Positions 1 to 14,030 are shown, numbered from the stretch's first letter. The stretch is 64,000 bases of DNA from Pecten maximus (GCF_902652985.1 NC_047028.1:14074001-14138000); one strand, 5' to 3'. The notes: generated by a model not told the origin, from the sequence alone. Program-made: numbers and translations.

Positions 1-389
1 ATACCTCGAGGTATATCACTCCCATAAGGTGAATTCTGTTTTTCTCTCACCTTGTTTTCCTTGTAAATTATTAAATTCCCGATTCCCAGACATCATAATC
101 CACATATATAATTATCAAGGTAGTGACATTTGTTTAGGGTATTAAGACACAGACGTTAAGAGGAAAATACACCAGTCGATAGAAATATCAGTTACCTGCC
201 AACAAGAATTATACGAAACGTGATCGCATTATCTCTTACTTTTGAGAGACTGCGACCTATGCTTATGTTTGTCTGCTTGTGATATGACGATGAATGTGTT
301 TAGTCAGACTTTGCTACATTTGTATAAGTGATGCATATCATAGAAAAAGAGACATATTTACATAATTGTGTGCTGCTTTTGTGTTACAG

Positions 390-3300
390 GAGATTCAACT
401 ACCACAGGTGAGTCAATATATAGATGGTATTCTTTGGTTCTGTATCATCATTGAGTGTCTTTGTGTCAAACGGTAGTGACGTAAAATGTAGTCGTCCTCC
501 AATAGGTATCAACGTATTGTAAATTAAGAATACATCAACTGCTAATACTACAAGTGTATTGTGTGCCTGTTCAACTGTGAAGACAATTTACAAATTAATG
601 TTAAAACGAGATCCGATTTGTTTTGTCTATTGATGACATCTCTGGAAAAGGAACGGGTCGTTGGGTCTTGTACATAGTGTTAAATACGGTCTCTGTCACT
701 CAGCTGACAGAACATGCATCTTAGGTTCATGAGGTAGACCCGTTGATTATCACGCAAGATACCAGGATTCAATTCACATATGTCACTTCGTGACATAACT
801 CCTGGTCCCATAACTACCCGTATGTTCCTTCGTGTATCTACTCCTGAGCCCAAAACAGTCCTATGCTCCTTCGAGTAACTACTCCTAAGCGATCAGCGAC
901 CCCGTATGCTCTTTTTATGTAACAACCTCGTAGCCAAGAACAGCACACATGTTCCTTCACCTCAGCAAACAATAACCCATTTTTGCCTTCTCTTCAACCA
1001 ATGACAACCTGCTTGTTCTCGATGTATCTTCTCCTCAGCCATCATATAGCCTCTGCTCAGCTAACAACAACCGGTTTGTTCCTCTGGGTAATTACTCCTC
1101 ATCTAACAACAACTCGTTTGTTCCTCTGGGTAATTACTCCTCAGCTAACAACAACCCGTTTGTTACTCCGGATAATTACTCCTCAGCTAACAACAACCCG
1201 TTTGTTACTCCGGGTAATTACTCCTCAGCTAACAACAACCCGTGTGTTACTCCGGATAATTACTCCTCAGCTAACAACAACCCGTTTGTTACTCCGGGTA
1301 ATTACTCCTCAGCTAACAACAACCCGTGTGTTACTCCGGGTAATTACTCCTCAGCTAACAGCACACATGTTTGTTCCTCCGGGTAATTAATCCTCAGCTA
1401 ACAACAACCCGTTTGTTCTTCCGGGTAATTACTTCTCAGCTAACAACAACTCGTTTGTTACTCTGGGTAATTAATCCTCAGCTAACAACAACCCGTGTGT
1501 TACTCCGGGTAATTACTCCTCAGCTAACAGCACACATGTTTGTTCCTCCGGGTAATTAATCCTCAGCTAACAACAACCCGTTTGTTCTTCCGGGTAATTA
1601 CTTCTCAGCTAACAACAACTCGTTTGTTACTCAGGGTAATTAATCCTCAGCTAACAACAACCCGTGTGTTACTCCGGGTAATTACTCCTCAGCTAACAAC
1701 AACCCGTGTGTTACTCCGGGTAATTAATCCTCAGCTAACAACAACCCATTTGTTACTCCGGGTAATTACTCCTCAGCTAACAACAACTCGTTTGTTACTC
1801 TGGGTAATTACTCCTCAGCTAACAACAACTCGTTTGTTCCTCTGGGTAATTAATCCTCAGCTAACAACAACCCGTTTGTTACTCCGGGTAATTACTCCTC
1901 AGCTAACAACAACTCGTTTGTTACTCTGGGTAATTAATCCTCAGCTAACAGCAACCGGTTTGTTCCTCCGGGTAATTACTCCTCAGCTAACGGCAACCGG
2001 TTTGTTCCTCCGGGTAATTACTCCTCAGCTAACAGCAACCTGTTTGTTCTTCCGTGTTATTACTCATCGGCTAACAACAACCCATTTGTACCTCCGGGTA
2101 ATTACTCCTCAGCTAACAACAACCCGTGTGTTACTCCGGGTAATTAATCCTCAGCTAACAACAACCCATTTGTTCTTCCGGGTAATTACTCCTCAGCTAA
2201 CAACAACTCGGTTGTTACTCCGGGTAATTACTCCTCAGCTAACAACAACTCGTTTGTTACTCCGGGTAATTACTCCTCAGCTAACAACAACCCATTTGTA
2301 CCTCCGGGTAATTACTCCTCAGCTAACAACAACTCGGTTGTTACTCCGGGTAATTACTCCCCAGCTAACAACAACTCGTTTGTTACTCCGGGTAATTACT
2401 CCTCAGCTAACAACTCGTTTGTTACTCTGGGTAATTAATCCTCAGCTAACAGCAACCGGTTTGTTCCTCCGGGTAATTACTCCTCAGCTAACAGCAACCG
2501 GTTTGTTCCTCCGGGTAATTACTCCTCAGCTAACGGCGACCGGTTTGTTCCTCCGGGTAATTACTCCTCAGCTAACAACAACCCATTTGTACCTCCGGGT
2601 AATTACTCCTCAGCTAACAACAACTCGGTTGTTACTCCAGGTAATTACTCCCCAGCTAACAACAACTCGTTTGTTACTCCGGGTAATTACTCCTCAGCTA
2701 ACAACAACCCGTTTGTACCTCCGGATAATTACTCCTCAGCTAACAACAACCGGTTTGTTACTCTGGGTAATTACTCCTCAGCTAACAACAACCCGTTTGT
2801 TTATCCGGATAATTACTCCTCAGCTAACAACAACTCGTTTGTTTATCCCGATAATTACTCCTCAGCTTACAACAACTCGTTTGCTACTCTGGGTAATTAT
2901 TCCACAGCTAACAGCAACCGGTTTGTTCCACTGGGTAATTATTCCACAGCTAACAGCAACTCGTCTGTTACTCCGGTACTCCGAGTAATTACTCCTCAGC
3001 TAACAGCAACCCGTTTGTTCTTCCGTGTTATTACTCATCAGCCTAGAACAAATCGTTTTCCTCTAAATAGCCAATCAATGCTGATCTATCAAACTCGTTG
3101 AGTTTTAGATATAACGGTTTAATTGTAAATATGGGGCTTATGTATTGCTTAGCTATACATCGGTACACATGAGCCGATATTTTGCATTTTTTTTTTGGGG
3201 GGGGGGGGGGGGGAGGGGGGTTTCAAACGTAAAAAATAAAGGAATGTAAAATAGATATCGATAAAATAGTAATAAGTTAGGAAACAAAAGGAGATTTAAA

Positions 3301-6300
3301 TGAAAGTAAACTAGGAGAATAAGGTGAGCGTCCTAATTCAATGACGACATACGTCCTGTACGTCTTAGTCAACTATTACAACGTAAGCTAGAAGTTTTCT
3401 TAGTGAACTACGTACCCTGTGATGTTACAATCAAATAACATTGTTATTTTGACGTGTTAATGCAATGATCATTTTCATTTCATATTTCAGTAAGCAAATA
3501 TTAGTACGCAGGAAAACAATAAACATAACATTACGGCTTCTATAACATTCTTTTTAATCTGAAAGTATTAACCCTAGGGATCAATGTACACTATCATTAC
3601 TCCAGAGATGAAGATGGACGATTCAATCTCAACTCCAGGAGAGGTGATCTACATTAGCTGTAACGTCCGGTACGCTCCGTCTGGCTGGGACGAATTCAGT
3701 ATTGTGTCAGAAGATAATACTGACATACATGGTAGAGCCTATCCTAACGGAGCTATTGTCCAGGGTAAAAGTTCATATATAGTTGAATTACAACGGAACA
3801 GCGAGAACATGACGCTCAGAATTATGTTTCCTAACGCCACTACACACTGTGCCGCGAGAGGACGCTACGTGTGTAGATTAAAATCTATGGGGAATGACGT
3901 CATCAAGGATACATCAACGGTTATCATTACAGGTATGCTCAAGACGTTTGACACAGATTAAAAGAATCGAAGCATTAATAAAAACGTTCATCAACTACAC
4001 CAGTAAAAGTTACATTAGTTGGGAAATGTTCGCGTGTTTAAGGGTTTTAGTTTGATTTCGATATTATCGCTGAAAAGAAGAACAGATCACCTATAAAGCG
4101 TTCCCATCACTACGATACAAGGTGCATTCTTCACAGTTAATCGATTTGATCTAAGTTGGCTTGCATGCAGCTTCTTTATGTAAGAAGTTTTTGTTTAAAA
4201 ACGGCTTCTTTTCACATTTTTTAAATAATGTTGCTTTCATTTGTATCAGCATTTGCGAAAATAGGTAGTAAGCACATCTGTGTTAAGAAATGACAAAATT
4301 GGCGTCAAACCCGGATATTATCATACCTTCTATTGCATATATAGCGATGACCTATATATAGATCATTGCGGTCGGTCGGACATGTGATGCCCAATCGATA
4401 TCAAGGATTTCAAAGCGATAACAAATATTAGCACCATTCAAATCAAATTCAATGTTAGATACAGGAGAGCCAAAATAAACAAAACTGTACCATACTGCTG
4501 GCTCGTCCTTCTAAGAAACGTCAGAGTGATTTGTCACATTTATTAGTGTTACCGAATAGTTTCAAATTACTTTGTGTAAACTTTTGTAAATTAGAAATAT
4601 CTTACACGTTTCCAGCCTTTTAATATACCATACCCACTTTTCATATTCTGTAGGTGGCGCTAGTAGCATAAACATAACTGGCCAAACAATCATCAAAGAA
4701 GGGGACAGGTACGAGATGAATTGTTCATGTAGACTGGCTTCAGACGGCGGAGAAATGCAGCTCTACATTCGACGTTACAATACTAGTGATTTCGTCATGG
4801 CAACAGAAACCCCAATAGTTACCGTTGATGAACCTGACGATACCTGCTACCAATCAGTAACCAAGACCTACAACTTCTTCGCCGAGAAGAACCAGAACGG
4901 TACTGAACTCCGCTGCATGGCGTCTAACGATATACTCTCTACATATCAAACTAGCAGTACATTTGGCATTACCATTGACTTTGCAGGTAATCATCTTGAC
5001 AAAAGCATACATATTAGTTAGGTAATGTGTGTCTCTACAATTCATAAATATATATACGCATACTACAATTCAACATTTGAATTATACAAAAGAAAAAGAG
5101 TATTCAGGTGATCAGTAATAACAAAACAGAAAATAAATTTCAATTAAAATAAATATTCAATAATAAGTAACGGATTATATCATATTATGCTATATACGAC
5201 TAGTATAGGCTTTAATCATTCTGTCGGATCGATTTTGATATATTTTATATCATTGAAATTGGTAAACAAGCAATTTGAAAACAATCCTGAATCCTGAAAT
5301 TTCTGCCGCTGATTTACTTACAGGATCTATATTACTCTTACTATTATGTGTTTTCAGATTTCATGACTACGTTTCATTTGCAAAGGCTAGCATGGGTACC
5401 TGAATACGAAGACAAAAACAGCAAAGAATACATATACCTCGCTTCAGAATTAGAAAACGATGTGAGGAACATATTTTTAGATTAATTTTATACTTCAACT
5501 GAATCAGAGAAAGACTGTAAAAAGTGTAACATAAATATATTGAGCAGCAAGAAAACTGTTTTAAAATACCATAACGTCTATTGTTGAAATGATTAATTAT
5601 AAAACTGTTGTAGTTTTTCCGCTGACACCCAGAATTTTGATAGAACCATTGTACCATTCTAATCTGACGACGTAGTAGAAACATTTTTTACAATATCTTA
5701 CTACAATGTTTATCTAGGTAACGAGACATAATTTATCCAAGTACGTTTATTGAGTATTTAGCTGTGTTAATGACGTTGTGGAACCCCCGAGTACCGTAAT
5801 TACTCTTATTGATAATGAGAATATTATGAGAACATCCGAGTATTCTATTGATCTGTGTAAGACACTGTCCTTCTGCTGAATTAACCTGTGTTAATAAGGA
5901 GAATGTTACGCGAACATCCTAGTACCAATGTTATCTTTACAGATTGATCATGTTTACAAAAAGAGTGAATTGAAAGAGAACTACAAGAGAAGCAGAGTTG
6001 TCGGACTTGAGTAAGATCACCATTTAATTTACACTCATTTAAAACATAATCTATATTCATTATTTGCTAATTGCAAAACCAAAACACAAAATTAAGATAA
6101 ACTGTCTGTTAATGAAGTACTTAACATATATGCTGCTCAAAGTTTGTTAAGGGTCACCTATATATTTTGAGGAATTTAAGATGTTAGATAGAGTATCTTC
6201 TTTCCCTCCCGTCCTTGTTTGGCGAATATGTTAGACTTCGGAATCCTCATTTTACTCAAACATAAAATTTAAATTGGAAGCTATAAAGCCAGTATAATAA

Positions 6301-9300
6301 AATTCAAAAACAAGTCAAATTGCTATGTACCTAATCCTAAGGATAATCCTTTCCTTATGAATCATTTTTTACTGTTATTACAATTTCTTGTTCATTTTCT
6401 TCATTTGTATTTATTTATCATGTTCTGATAAATAAAAATCACAAACACAAAAAAAAACACAAAAATCGCAGTACAAACATATAGATATTGGTGTTCACAT
6501 TTACCAAAAACTAACAGTGATCCTTAGCAAAATGCGAATAGTACATATGATGAAGATCGTACATTCTTAAGTGTAATACACCGTGTGATAGTCAAACATC
6601 TTAAGGTGTCAATATTGTGATAGTGTCGGTTTCGCTGGAAATATGAAGATAAATGATGTCGTTTAGGATTCGCCATATCGATAACAAAATTAATCTATAT
6701 GTATAAGTAATTCCTGCCAGCGTCTAATGTCCACTGGCGAACTAAAAACTGGTAATAACTTTATTGTTGTGTAATTATCATCTAGACAAGGAAGTGTTAA
6801 AGCTCAGATCGCGATTGAGATAGACTTACTGTATGTCATCACCGATCCTAACGGCCGTGTTATCACCACTAAGATCAACGAGGTTGATATTGTGTCAGCA
6901 TTAGTGGACACCCTCCCATCGGTGGCGGACGAGCTACAGGATAGTGAACTTTACCATATGGATACACAGAATATCGCTGGCATCATTATTGCAAGTATGT
7001 TGTGTACTAAATACAGCTGTATTTGTCAATGGTGCTGATTAAATGGAAACTCTGTATTAACAGGAATACGATTAAAATCAAAGGAAAACATAGAGGACAT
7101 CTAACTGTGTCTTCAGTTTGTCTAATATTGCGCACTCTTGCACGAGTGAAAAATTTTAAAATATTAGCCTCACGGATGAAATATATTTGGTATTACTGAA
7201 TATACTGTTAGATATTCTGTTTATTACATTCTATATCAAAGCATACCGAGTCAGCTTTTATTTTCCCCAATGCCGTTTGCAAGCAGTGTTTTGATTGGTC
7301 GAATAAGAAGAAAATTGGTGATTTTTTTCCCTAGTGAAAATATCACGTTTATAGAACATTTTTCGATATTTCACTGGTAAAAATGTAATGAAACATTGTA
7401 ATATATGTGTATGCTGCTTTTGAAAATGTGATGTGGTGCTGTGTTCGTATGATAATTTCTAATATCATATATCAAACGTTCGATTTTTGTTATAAGCAAT
7501 TAATTCATGAGAAAATGCCGTTTTCTTTCATGAGTGCAGTATATATCGCCATGGATATATAATTATATTTCGGTTTTATTTCTGTTTCATCAGACTCCCT
7601 GCTGCCTGCAGATGGTAAGTACTGTGTCATGTGAAAAATTTTGCTCTTAATGAATTGTATTAATAATTATGCAAATTTAAAGTGCAAAGTTGGATTTATT
7701 CCGTATTAGGCAACTTATTGCTACTGCATTCATCTTGCAAACGTCGATTTTCAAGTGAGCATCTATCCAGTAATGAGATATAACGATATGGGTTAAGTCA
7801 AGTTGTTGAATAATTTTATTATTTCGTTATTGTAATTATGGTTTGTTTTTTCTTAGAATGTACGTCACTCACTGATATGGTGTTTCTCCTGGATAGTTCT
7901 GGAAGTATTGGGTCCCCAAACTTTGAAATCATGAAGTATTTCATCAAAAATTTTACCGCGTCTGTCGCAATAGGAAAGAATGCACTTCAGTTTGGAGTTG
8001 TGTCGTTTTCAACCAATGTAAGGAATGAATTTTGGCTTAAAGCCTTCCAGAGCCCAAGGGATATTGTGAACGCAGTAGAAGGAATTACATACATCGGATC
8101 AGGTACTTATATGGAACGAGGGTTAATATTTATACGTTCGAATGCATTCACAGCATCACAAGGAGCCCGCAAAAACGCTGAGAAGGTTATAATTCTAATG
8201 ACTGACGGACAATCGTCAGATGATCCTAATGTAGTCGCTTCTACTCTGAAATCCGAAGGTGTCGCGATAATCTGTGTGGGGATAGGAAGCAATATAGATC
8301 AGGCACAGCTTAACGCCATTGCCTACAACACTAGCTTTGTGTTCGAGGTCACAGATTTCGACGTTCTGATCAATATAAAGAAAATCGTGCAGCAATCTTC
8401 GTGTGATACAGGTACGAACTATAATCAGTGACGATCAGACATGGATATCAATATTCACCGTGAAGTTATCTAAACTTTTTTTTTCTTAGTTACATTGTGA
8501 ATGCGAATTATTTTGCCGAAGTTCGGTGCAAATATACCTGTGTTAGTGTTATTAACATACATTAAACACTCACTCTCGTTGGCCTGGTCATTGGTAAAGA
8601 AGGAAAGCCAGCATACAAGGAGAAAGTAACGACTGCCCACATCCGTTCGGAGATTTCGAATTCGGATCGTTTTTGTGAGAGTTCCATCTCTCCCAGTTAA
8701 CTTAGATTATCTGTGATAGATTACTGTATGTTATATCATCAATGCTACCATTGTGAAATAGAAGTGAATGGCTCCAAAATACCACACAGAAATAAAGGTA
8801 TCAGCTTGTGTATCACAGGGATATTCTGGCAGACGACTGTTAAGTTTTGGTAAAACTCACCCCTAAATGATCTTTGACACGCTAGCAAGGTATATGGAGT
8901 ATTATATCTACCCGTTGCGACAATTGTTCTCAAATTTGTATTTGATTACAATCATTTCATTTCCCAATACATGTTTTTGTTTTAACTTTGATTTCCTAAT
9001 CTAATAAAAAAAATAATGCTTTGTTTGAATTATATTATGAAAACGTAATGATCGCTTTGTGATGTTTTTCGTGACAATGGTTATATGATATAAATATCTA
9101 GAAACAGAAATTATCTTTTTAGAAATAACTTATTGATCCAAGCGATCAAGGGAACGGTTATCAAGTATATTAAGGATGCTATCACAACAGTTAGACGATT
9201 GAATAGTTTACTTCAATTCAGTTCTTGTTTTCTTGGTTTTAAGAGCTCCTCACTTTGCAACTGTATCCGTTGCGTGAGAAGCTTAGAAACATACAATGTT

Positions 9301-9480
9301 GCTAAGGTTGTCCTTGGCATGCATTCACATAAGCTTTTCGGTGATCATGTCTTTTGTGTTTTATTAGATTAATCATTATATAACTAATATTCAAAACGAG
9401 AATGTCTGTCATTGTCATCAGTGACTTCAACAGCAAAGTTCAAAGTGATTAAAAACCAAGACTACAAAGCGATGATCGAG
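390..9480 (+). CDS. 5'-incomplete multi-exon gene for an extracellular mosaic protein: Ig-like, Ig-like, SEA, VWA
   Basis: Exons traced by hand: 390-407 (18-nt microexon, DSTTT), 3578-3932 (Ig-like; ISCNV...W...GRYVCRL), 4654-4986 (Ig-like; MNCSC...NGTELRCMASN), 5358-5461 + 5943-6010 + 6786-6994 (SEA; W.PEYEDKNSKEY..LASELEND...VVGLEQGSVKA), 7594-7614 (21-nt microexon), 7857-8411 (VWA; DMVFLLDSSGSIG, GT, ILMTDG), and probably 9422-9480. All junctions are GT-AG and phases join from 3578 to 9480. The phase from 407 to 3578 does not join, and the final exon was not identified with confidence. Confidence 0.85.
795..3045. repeat. 42-bp intronic minisatellite, about 47 well-formed units from ~1055 preceded by degenerate units
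   Basis: Unit CCTCAGCTAACAACAACCCGTTTGTTACTCCGGGTAATTACT. It produces the repetitive PQLTTTRLLLRVIT ORFs of the track. Confidence 0.97.
7130..7395. repeat. Degenerate dispersed repeat; related sequence at ~55165-55380
   Basis: Both loci share AGTGAAAATAT / ATATTTTCACT and CACTC(A/T)TG motifs. Confidence 0.4.
7857..8411 (+). CDS. VWA (von Willebrand factor A) domain exon with intact MIDAS motif
   Basis: ECTSLTDMVFLLDSSGSIG (DxSxS), YIGSGTYM (MIDAS T) and VIILMTDGQS (MIDAS D). Flanked by ttcttag acceptor and G|gtacga donor, phase 1-1. Confidence 0.93.
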
Positions 9481-9764
9481 GTATGATCAATTATAATTAT
9501 GGTTTAAAAGGCTGATGCGATATTTGATTATTGATTCTGTCTGCGTATTGAACTAGATTAGTGTTGTTCATGACTAATAAACATACTTATACTATATTCG
9601 ACTTATTATTTATAATACCGGAACTTTTTGTTCCTAGTCGTATCAAAATCATCATCTATGTTACTATAAAGGTGTACAAACATCATTAATGTTCATCGTA
9701 GTTACACAATTATTGTACTGTAGCGGTTATTAGCGAAATTCCCTTGTGTTGTTGATACTGGCAT

Positions 9765-10020
9765 CAAAATGATCATTGACGTCACTGCTAGTATCAAATT
9801 GGTCATTGTCATTGCTGCTAGTATCAAAATAGTCATTGACGTTGCTCCTAGCATCACAATGCCTTTGATGTTGCTACTACTATCAAAATTGTCAATGATT
9901 TCCCTGCTTATATCAAATCAGTCATTAATGTCGCTGCTAGCATCATAATCACCATTGCTGTTCATTCTATACGTTCCACTTAGTAGCAAGTCATCATTGA
10001 TATCCCTGCTAGTATCAAAC
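9765..10020. repeat. Degenerate ~30-bp tandem repeat
   Basis: Recurring GCTAGTATCAAAATAGTCATTGA(C/T)GT-like units. Confidence 0.6.
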
Positions 10021-10706
10021 ACATAACGTTTGCAATGTTTCTGTACCCGAGATCGTAAATATGTTAAGTGTTATCTAAAAAGCAAATTCAGTGATATCAG
10101 TGATATTTTACAAGGCTATTAATCACTATTCAGGTCAATTAAACAGAAGTAGCTTAATCAGTTGTTAATTTGCATCATGACTAAGTATGGGACTTGCTTG
10201 TTTCAGTGGGACATAATTAGCTCATTTGTATCATATATATTGCGCAAATAACCATGCCGTAATGCCTCCATATGCCCATAGCACACAATAGGATATTTAG
10301 TTTGACCATGATATATGTATAAAAGCTGATTATATTTTGAACTTGAAATGCAAATGGCGGTTGTGGATAATATCTCACAAAATTGGCATATGGGAAGGTA
10401 TTTCAAACATCAAAAACTTTTAAAAGACACCATAAGACTGTAAGTCGTAGATGATGTTGTGATTTTACCCAATCCTTTTCTTTGCCTTCGCGACAGTAAC
10501 CGGTACGTCCGATGATTGGCTTTGATCGCCAGTTCACTGTTCATCAAATCAAACAATGCGTGCATGGCATATTTTCCGCGGCACATATAGAGAGTGGATC
10601 ATCGCATTAGAGATTCCTCGTAATCAGTGAGTCGTTTCCAAGTTTTAATTGCAATAATGAAGTATACTACGTATTGATTCTTACGTTAATTTATCATAAG
10701 GGTATA

Positions 10707-11612
10707 CTGTTATGTGATCGCACAACGTTCCACGATGTGCGATGTGCGCACGATGTCTGCACGATGTGCGCACGAATTCTGCACGATGTGCGATATGTGC
10801 GATACGAATCGTGCAGGAAAATGTGCGCACGATGGGCGATTGGAACGGTGCATGTGCGATAGGTGTCGTGGTAGATATAAAATGTGGAATGTATCATCTA
10901 ATTATTTAAACGTGTGGAACGATTGTAACAGATATATAACGATTAACATTTTACGAGGCAGCTATTTACCATATTTTTGTTGAAATATATGCAATAATTA
11001 TTAGGAAGGAAATTAAATACGATGTATAATTAAATAAGTTATCTAAATTATTTTTAAAGAACCTTATATAATTTTCTCGGACGTCGTCGAGAATTTGTAT
11101 TCGGCGTGATTATTATACAGGCTATTAATACATGTAGAACTAAACAACAGATAAAACGACTTATTTTGAAAAGAGACATTTCTTTTCTGTTTAAAAATAC
11201 ATATTATATGTAATTCATGTATTAAGTAAGATAAATAATCGTAGTGGAGTCCGTCTACCATTCTGGTACATGTAGATGTATCACCAGGCCGTCGAAAACA
11301 TCACGAATACTTGCGAGACAAAATGACGGCACTTAAATGGCAAAAATGAACAGGTTAAACATTTTCCATGAATGAAAACAATTGGTTTGCAGTACGTATA
11401 TATAATAGCGACCATCTTATATCATAATTAAAAAAAAAATTCTATATGTTTTCGTATAACTAGTTATTACGTAATATTTATAAACCTATCGTTAGCTGTG
11501 CGGTTTACATCGCACAGTTGTGCGGTTTGTATCGCACATCGCACATTTGTGCGCACGATGTCTGCACGATGTGCGCACGATGATTTTGGAACGTTGTGCG
11601 ATCACACAACTG
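10707..11612. mobile_element. Non-autonomous Tc1/mariner-type MITE (906 bp)
   Basis: 26-bp TIRs C(T/A)GTT(A/G)TGTGATCGCACAACGTTCCA (24/26 match), TA on both flanks, and subterminal GTGCGCACGAT repeats at both ends. Confidence 0.9.
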
Positions 11613-13192
11613 TACATTCTTTCAACATATTTTGTAATTTTGTCAATTTACATGTTACAAAAATGTAGAGAGGCTTTAATTGAATACAGTATAAGTTTAA
11701 ATACATGAATTGTATTGTATTTAATAAGCATCTTTTTGTGTAACATGGAATAAAATTTGTAAAATCCATTATCCATCTATGGAAAAGGTTCCAAAACCTC
11801 ACTAAAGAGGTAATATAAAGAAATGAAAGATATCCAGCATTTATTTAGTATTTATTTGGTATATGCCCTCCAACTAGCCATTTGGTCGGTATGAACGTGC
11901 CCAAAAAGGGTAAATGATGTATTGCCGTGGTTTTCAACAAAAAAAATATATGATCTCACAATAAAAATGGTCTTGACAACCATGACACTGATAGCTAATA
12001 TGAACGTTATTTGACTTAAATAGACTTAACGGCACAGTAGTAAGTAATCGAATTTGATAAAAAAAAAAAACAGTTTAGAACATATTCTTGGAATGATTTA
12101 TTGATTTTATATGTAATATGAAAAGTAAATATATACCCAACTACAAACATCCATACCTATCTAACAAGGGTTTTTTTTCTTTCCGAGTATAGGTGCACTT
12201 TCCTTGTATCACATCCTAGTTGCGAAAGCTACACGTGTTCTTTGCAAGAGATACTGCAAAGCCATTATTCGCATAGTATGAATATGAAAATTGTCATTGA
12301 GAAAGTCAGTAAAACAATAGTTTGTGTAATGTTGACGTCCCAATACGTGGAACGTCTAAGAAAGACACGTTTCATTGCTCTCAAACCATCATCTTGTTAT
12401 TATTTACAAATGCAGTTCTTGTACTGTATCTTGAACGTGGACAGGATAAACAACATCGAGGAAAAATCATGGAGTATAAATGATCTCAACCTTCGGACGC
12501 TTATGACTAACAAATCAATCGGCAAGCCGCGTTTGACAGCTTTATGATCCCCTAATATCAATAATTGCGCCAAATACATTATTCCTGTAACATGAAAAGG
12601 GAGACAACTATGGTATTATCATTCTTTTGGTCTATATGGTACATAAACTGGCGGACTAAATGTTTTAAAATCAGATTCTGATTGAATTTCTTACCCTTTG
12701 CCTTGCACGCTATGACAGCATGGACAATAATTTATCTAACTATTGTCTATAAATTCATACATGGAAGGTATATGTATATGGTATTTAAAAGATAAGAATA
12801 TAATTTATACAGTATTCATTAAAGTAATCTCTTCTACTAGAGCATATACAATAAATTGGTATCCAAACCTCCTTATTGACTGAAATAGAACCACTTGATT
12901 TCCAATAAAACAAAATGTTTTAAATCGGGTTGACTGAATCTGAACTAATTCCTCTTGGTATTTTCGAATAATGTTCTTATTCATTTTTGCTACATTGTAC
13001 ATAGGCAATTGATACCTCTTAAGCATTAGTATTTATAAATTAAGATATTAAATTATGTTTCTTGGTTATATTATTCAATACATATGTACTTACAAGTCGT
13101 TGAAAGTGTAATGACTTATTATTAATATCGAATATTTGAAGGAAGCATTTTAACGGTAGTTCTTCTTTCCTCACAACAGACAATCGGTCATA

Positions 13193-14030
13193 ATTCAAGT
13201 TCAAGTTCAAGTTCATTTATTACTTTAAGTCTTACGACTCATCAGTGTAAACATATGTATACAGGATATTTACATATATACAAAATGTTAAATTGGCCAC
13301 AGGAGAATGAACAAAGCTATAATATAATATAATAGTAACATCAATCAATATTATTATTACAATATATATATACATGTATATATATCTCATGCTTGTGATC
13401 GGCACTTATTTGCCGCTAACAGATATTTCCCAAGATTACACAAGTCTTTAACATTATTTGTATTAAGTAATTGAGTAAGCTTATATACACTTGGATTATT
13501 TCTATAATAATATTTTAAATACTTCTGTCTTAAATCAGAATACCTAGTACAAACTAAAACAAAATGGAATTCGTCTTCTGTATCATTAAGATTACATAGA
13601 GTACAAACTCTGTTACTTCTATCAATGCCAACATATCGCCCAGATTCAATATTCAACGTATTTTGTTAGATACGATTGTAATAGAATTTTATCATTTAAT
13701 TCCCTGTAAAGCAAACCTTTCGACATATCTATAATAGCGCTATATCCATTTTGATTAAAAATGTCAAATAATCTTTCCTTAATTATTGCAAAAGTAAAAT
13801 CGTTTCCATTCTGGGCGTCCCAAATATAACCTAAGCCTAAGCGATTCAAATCATCTTTGATTTCACAGACCCATTGGTCCTTAAATAGGAGCATATTTTC
13901 ATAACACGATTTCAATATACAATTTTCAGTATTGAGCAATTTAAACCAATATTTAAAAATTCTAAGTTTCCTTGTTATGTACAATGGATAACGGCCTAAT
14001 TCGAAATATACCATCAATTCGGACAGAATT
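13193..14030 (-). mobile_element. 5'-truncated LINE 3' end (RTE-X/L2-like)
   Basis: Frameshifted ORF2 C-terminus (ELGRYPL...KYWFKLL; ESGRY...CTLCNLNDTEDEFHFVLVC zinc knuckle). 3' stem-loop AGTC-GTAA-GACT, then AATAAA and a (TGAACT)n tail. Confidence 0.85.

Noticed and set aside
983-2988. Long repetitive ORFs (135, 62 and 482 aa; PQLTTTRLLLRVIT)
   Set aside because: They arise from a 42-bp unit lacking stops in one frame, start at non-ATG codons and are broken by 1-nt-longer units. Not supported as a standalone protein.
3197-3220. Poly-G run as a G-quadruplex regulatory element
   Set aside because: A simple homopolymer tract of unreliable length with no supporting context.
10134-10142. Possible terminal exon (cag|GTC AAT TAA) of the Ig-SEA-VWA gene
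   Set aside because: Phase-compatible but too short to support without transcript data.
10674-10983. Cys/His-rich short ORFs resembling metallothionein or zinc fingers
   Set aside because: They are translations of the MITE's GTGCGCACGAT subterminal repeats.
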